Made by a program: the position numbers and the translations under genes. From the human T2T-CHM13v2.0 reference genome, Homo sapiens, in assembly GCF_009914755.1 (NCBI RefSeq), contig NC_060925.1: a stretch of 64,000 nt of DNA; one strand, given 5' to 3'. Below the pieces are notes generated by a model. The model was not told the DNA's origin and ran no database searches. It worked only from the letters and a program-made list of their open reading frames with translations. Every line of letters begins with the position of its first letter. Position 1 is the first letter of the stretch. Shown piece by piece: positions 59,286-64,000 of the stretch.

Positions 59286-59643
59286 TAATATGGTCTGGCT
59301 CTGTGTCCCCACTAAACTCTCATCTTGAATTGTGATCCCCACATGTTGGGGAGGGATCTCATGGCAGGTGATTAGGTCATGGGGGTGGTCCCCTCATGCT
59401 GTTCTCATGATAGTGAGTGAGCTCTCATGAGAGCTGATAGTTTTATCAGGGGCTTTTCCCCCTTTTCTTGGCACTTCTCTCTCCTGCCACCATGTGAAGG
59501 AGGATGTGTTTGCTTCCCCTTCCACCATGACTGTAAATTTCCCTGCAGATTGTAAATTTCCCTGAGTCAATTTAACCTCTTTCATTTATAAATTAACCAG
59601 TCTCAGGAAGTTCTTTATAGTAGTGTGAGAATGGACTAATACA
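59286..59643 (+). mobile_element. THE1C/D 5' LTR
   Basis: TAATATGGTCTGGCTCTGTGTCCCCAC...GAATGGACTAATACA, followed directly by THE1 internal sequence. Confidence 0.93.
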
Positions 59644-61335
59644 GTAAATTGATACCACAGAGAGTGGGTGCTGCTGTAAAGATACCCGAAAATGTTGAGG
59701 CAACTATGGAACTGGGTAACAGACAGAGATTGGAACAGTTTGATGGGCTCAGAAGAAGACAGGTAAATGTGGGAAACTTTGGAACTTCCTAGAGACTTGT
59801 TGAATGGTTTTGACCAAAATGCTGATAGTGATATGGACAATGAATTCCAGGGTGAGGAGGTCTCAGATGGAGATGAGGAACTTGTTGGGAACTGGAGTAA
59901 ATGTCACTCTTGTTATGCAAAGAGACTGGTGGCATTTTGCCCCTGCCCTAGAGATCTGTGGAACTTTGAACTTGAGAGAGATGATTTAGGGTATCTGGCA
60001 GAATAAATTTCTAAGCAGCAAAGTGTTCAAGAGGAAGTAGAGCAAAAAAAGTTTGGAAAATCTGCAGCTTGTGGATGCAATAGAAAAGAAAACTCCATTG
60101 TATGGGGAGAAATTCAAGCCAACTGCAGAAATTTGCATAAGTAATGAGGAGGAGCCAAATGTTAATCACCAAGACAATGGGAAGATGTATCCAGGGCATG
60201 TCAGAGACTTTGATGGTAGCTCCTCCCATCACAGGTCCAGAGGCCTAGGAGGAAAAAACGCATTCCTGGGTTGGACCCAGGGCCCCCCTGCTGTATGCAG
60301 CCTTGTGACATGGTCCCTGTGTCCTAGGTGCTTTAGCGTCAGCTGTGGCTATAAGGGGCCAAGGTACAACTCAGGCTATTGCTTCAGAGGGTGCAAGCCA
60401 CAAGCCTGGGTGGTTTGCACAAGGTGTTGGGCCTGAAAGTGCACAGAAATCAAGAACTGAGGTTTGGGAACTTCCACTTAAATTTCAGAGGATATATGGA
60501 AATGCCTGGATGTCCAGTCAGAAGTTTGCCGCAGGGAAGGAGCCCTCATGGAGAACTTCTGCTAGGGCAGTGTGGGAGGGAAATGTGGGGTCACAGCCCC
60601 CACACAGAGTCCCCACTGGGGTACTGCCTAGTGGAGCTATGAGAAGAGGGCCCTCATCCTCCCATCCTCCAGACCCCAGAACAGTAGAGCCACCAACAGC
60701 TTGCATGGTGAGCCTGGAAAAGCCATAGACAATGCCAGCCCATGAAAGTGTGTCTGGAATTGGTGGGTTCTTGGTCTCACTGACTTCAAGAATGAAGCCG
60801 CAGACCCTCACGGTGAGTGTTACAGTTCTTAAAGGTGGCATGTCCAGAGTTTGTTCCTTCTGATGTTCGAATGTGTTCGGAATTTCTTCCTTCTGGTGGG
60901 TTTGTGGTCTTGCTGGCTCAGGAGTGAAGCTTCAGACCTTCGTGGTGAGTGTTACAGCTCTTAAGGCGGCGTGTCTGGAGTTGTTCATTCCTCCTGGTGG
61001 GTTCGTGGTCTCGCTGGCTTCAGGAGTGAAGCTGCAGACATTCGCGGCGAGTGTTACAGCTCATAAAGGCAGTGTGGACCCAAAGAGTGAGCAGCAGCAA
61101 GATTTATTGCAAGGAGCAAAAGAACAAAGCTTCCACAGTGTGGAAGTGGACCCAAGCAGGTTGCCACTGCTGGCTCGGGTAGCCTGCTTTTTTTCTTTTA
61201 TCTGGCCCCACCCACATCCTACTAGGCTCATAGGCAGAAGGGACTTGCCTGGTCTCAATGAGACTGTGAACTTAAGACTTTTGGGTTAATGCTGAAATGA
61301 GTTAAGACTTTGGTGAACTGTTGGCATAATTGTGT
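59644..61335 (+). mobile_element. THE1-int (MaLR internal), interrupted by LTR12 and partly deleted
   Basis: GTAAATTGATACCA...ATGTGGGAAACTTTGGAACTTCCTAGAGACTTG (ORF MWETLELPRDLLNGFDQNADSDMD). Resumes at ~61222 with AGGCTCATAGGCAGAAGGGACTTGCC. Confidence 0.93.
60749..61220 (-). mobile_element. LTR12 (HERV9/ERV9 LTR) remnant: U5/R plus proximal promoter only
   Basis: TGTGTCTGGAATTGGTGGGTTCTTGG terminus. Three GG(T/C)GAGTGTTACAG U5 repeats and GATTTATTGC. Ends TCTGGCCCCACCCACATCCT. Confidence 0.95.
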
Positions 61336-61691
61336 CTGTTCTCATGTTGCAATAAAGAACTGCCTGTGACTGGGTAATTTATAAAGGAAAAAGGTTTAAT
61401 TGACTCATAATTCCACAGGGGCTCAGGAAACTTACAATCATGGCAGAAGGGGAGGCAAATGTGTCCTTCTTCACATGGTGGCGAGAGAGAAGCGCCGAAC
61501 AAAGGTGGAAAAACACTTGATAAAACCATCAGATCTTGTGAGAACTCACTTGCTATCATTAGAAGAGCATGAGAGAACCATCCCATAATCTAATCACCTC
61601 CCATGAGTTCCCTCCCCAACAGGTGGGGATTACAATTCGGATTACAATTCAAGATGGGATTTCAGTGGGGACACAGATCCAGACCATATCA
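61335..61691 (-). mobile_element. THE1 3' LTR, inverted relative to the rest of its element
   Basis: The minus strand reads TGATATGGTCTGGATCTGTGTCCCCACT... The terminal ~8 nt are absent. It is joined to the inverted THE1-int end/PPT at 61692-61762. Confidence 0.92.
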
Positions 61692-61764
61692 TTCTGCCCC
61701 TGGTCCCTCCCAAATCTCACCTTTCTCACATTTCAAAACACAATTATGCCAACAGTTCCCCAGC

Positions 61765-61912
61765 ATAATAAAGTGCACAATAAATGTAATGTGCTTGAAT
61801 CATGCTGAAACCATCACCTGCCGGCACTCCCCCTGCCCACCCCCTATGGTTTGTGGAAAAATTGTCTTCCACAAAACCAGTCCCTAGTGCCAAAAAGGTT
61901 GGGGGACTGCTG
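61765..61912 (+). mobile_element. MER1A/B right end (hAT-Charlie), truncated
   Basis: AATAAAGTGCACAATAAATGTAATGTGCTTGAATCAT...GTGGAAAAATTGTCTTCCAC...GTGCCAAAAAGGTTGGGGGACTGCTG. Confidence 0.9.
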
Positions 61913-62639
61913 ATCTATGGGACTATTGGGTTGGTTTCAGTGTGAGGTGCTGGTGACTGGCACCAGAGTGGGAGCAGTCAATACACCAGGGTATTATCAT
62001 TGGTTGTCTCTGAGTGTTAAGATTATGGACTATTTTTCTGCTTCTTTGTGTATTTTTAGTCTTTGCACATGTTCTACAAAGAATAAATTACTTGTGTAAT
62101 CATAGGAAATAAATACTACCTCTTACCCTCTCCCCTGCCCCAGTCTGGCATAATTGAAAAATGAACGCTTAGAGAAAGGAGGTCACCCAAGATCAGACTT
62201 CAGAGTTCAAATTTAATAAGATCTACTTGTTATTCACGATAGAGTTTGTCAAACATTTTCACCAAATTTTAGCAACAAGTTTGAGTGCTGCAGGAGATAA
62301 CGAGAAGTGAAAAGATGGTGAGGGAGACAAAACAAAACAAAATTGGCAAAGAAAAAGATGGCATTTTAAATAGCAACACGAACAGTCTGCCTAAGGACTA
62401 ATCTACTGTGTGAGAAAATGATTTTTAATTGAAAAGTTCTTTTTGAGAAAGTTTTTTAAAAGTCTTATATAAAAATATGGAATATATAAGAATTTAACTA
62501 ATACCTTGTGTTTAGGGTGCATTATAACTGTATAAGGAATTTTTACATGAAAATTTGGGAGAACAAGAGAGAACATCATGTAATAATGTGATTAAACTTG
62601 TTACTCAGCCATTTTACAAATTCTGGAATATAAAGGACA

Positions 62640-62796
62640 AGGTAGAGTATGTTCCAAGGCAGGCAGTGGCCACACACTGCTTGGCTTGTAGGCCCTATTA
62701 GGGATTTTGGTGTTTCTCCTAAAAACCAGTGGAAAACCACTGAAGTATTTTAAGCAAGAAGTAGCTTGATCAGGCTTGAGTTTCAAAAGGTTCACT
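62640..62796 (-). mobile_element. L2 fragment
   Basis: GGCTTGTAGGCC...GGATTTTGG...CCACTGAAGTATTTTAAGCA...TGATCAGG. Confidence 0.6.
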
Positions 62797-63297
62797 TTTT
62801 TTTTTTTTTTAAACAGGGGTCATATCAGAAAGATATGTTTGATGAAATTAACTACAGAATCAAGAAGTATATACTCAAAAATGCAAATACTACAATATAT
62901 AAGACAGTGTAAGTGCATTTTCATTAAAAAATGAATTGTGTGAGTCCCAGAAGTTACAAGATTACACCGAGAAGAACGAGTGATCATAAAGTAAAAATAT
63001 TCACGATTGAACTGACCACTTATGGAACTAACCCATGCTGTACTTTCTCTCTCCCACAACGTGGCCCTGGTTTCTGTTTCTATCGTCTCTGTTCCACCTC
63101 TGTCCATCTTATGTTATCTGTCTCTCATTGACTGTTGGTGGTTGACAATACCATGTGAACACAGAGTGAAATTACATCTCTTACAAAATATGAAGGATTT
63201 CATACAGACAATAAAGGTGATATTGGAGAACTGCTTCACCAATCATGGTCATTAACTGTGAGGATCTGTGAGACTTTAACCAGCACAGCATCACTGT

Positions 63298-63316
63298 GGC
63301 TGACTCAGCAATTTTT
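63298..63316. promoter_or_regulatory. Near-perfect T-MARE / ARE motif (MAF/NFE2/NRF2/BACH), candidate
   Basis: GGCTGACTCAGCA matches TGCTGACTCAGCA at 12/13 and has the ATTTTT flank favoured by MAF proteins. Confidence 0.45.
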
Positions 63317-64000
63317 TTCCACTACCAATGATTAACCTAAGCAGATGATGGTAGTCCTGTTCCTTTTACCACTTATTTATTTCAGAATGAGTTAAGCAGA
63401 CATTAAAAGCGGACTATAACTGAGGGTCTCTTTTTAAGATTTTCAAGTTTGGAAAATTCTGCTTTGATGCTAAGAGGCAGAATAAAACCCAGAAAGATTC
63501 ATTCAATCTGACTTATTAATATTTGGAAGAGGTCAGTTTATTCTGCTCAGTTCAATTAAAATCAAATAACTTTAGTGGATAGGAATTATTCAAAAGTTTT
63601 TAATACTAGGATCTATTACTCTAGGCAAGCCATACCTAAGTAATCTATACAGTTAGGGGCAGGCTAATTTCAGGCAGCAGGAAACAGTCAGCTAAAATAG
63701 AGCAGAGACGGAGGAAAATACCACTTGGAGTGCCACTCACATGTTTAAGGGCAGACATGAAAAGGTAGGCAAGTGTTTCTCTTTCTTTTGGCAAGCATTT
63801 TATAGGAAAAATTCTACAAAGCTAGGAGACTACCTGGTAAAGCTAAGCCCATTTAGAAGGGGAGGGAAGGAAGAAAATAATGCAAAAAGTCAGAGTTCAG
63901 TATTGACAAGGGATCTTTTCATTGCATGTGATTGATGACTGACGGTTTGCCCCTGCTTTTTGATTCCTGTTTGCTGATTTCCCATTTTATTTACCCATAA

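Noticed and set aside
60790-61070. Regularly spaced direct repeats resembling a CRISPR array
   Set aside because: These are the known U5 repeats of LTR12 in primate DNA. There are no unique spacers and no cas genes.
59767-61289. Cluster of 60-138 aa ORFs
   Set aside because: THE1 internal ORF remnants and antisense LTR12 repeats, broken by stops.
62796-63300. Poly-T followed by unique sequence (possible minus-strand processed pseudogene)
   Set aside because: No poly(A) signal at the expected distance, no TSD and no recognisable coding remnant.

Overview
This window is primate (catarrhine, most likely human or great-ape) non-coding genomic DNA. It is AT-rich and CpG-depleted, and is either intergenic or deep intronic. 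I found no recognisable protein-coding gene, tRNA, rRNA, CRISPR array or CpG island. The ORF track is explained by Alu, L1, MaLR, ERVL and microsatellite sequence or by chance. The window carries about 21 Alu copies (J, S and Y ages, many with readable TSDs), MaLR LTRs (THE1/MST/MLT1), ERV1-class LTRs (MER39-, MER66-, LTR12-like), an ERVL pol remnant (RNase H-integrase-dUTPase), L1 3' ends, a full-length Tigger3b, hAT MITEs (MER33, MER20, MER58, MER1) and old MIR/L2/L3 fragments. Family names come from recalled consensus sequences, not a database search, so subfamily labels are approximate. The best-supported oddity is at 58.4-61.9 kb: a four-deep nested stack (MER66 > L1 > THE1 > LTR12) whose THE1 3' end is inverted, with a 21-25 bp breakpoint duplication and two deletions. 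Other points of interest are a ~95 bp L1 stub with an apparent 3' transduction (50.25 kb), a TSD-flanked left-monomer-only Alu (38.8 kb), a fold-back microsatellite with a perfect 42-bp palindrome (14.4-14.7 kb), a MIR-derived consensus CTCF motif (28.2 kb), a near-perfect T-MARE (63.3 kb), and candidate promoter and non-coding exons. I could not support a genuinely new biological system from the sequence alone.
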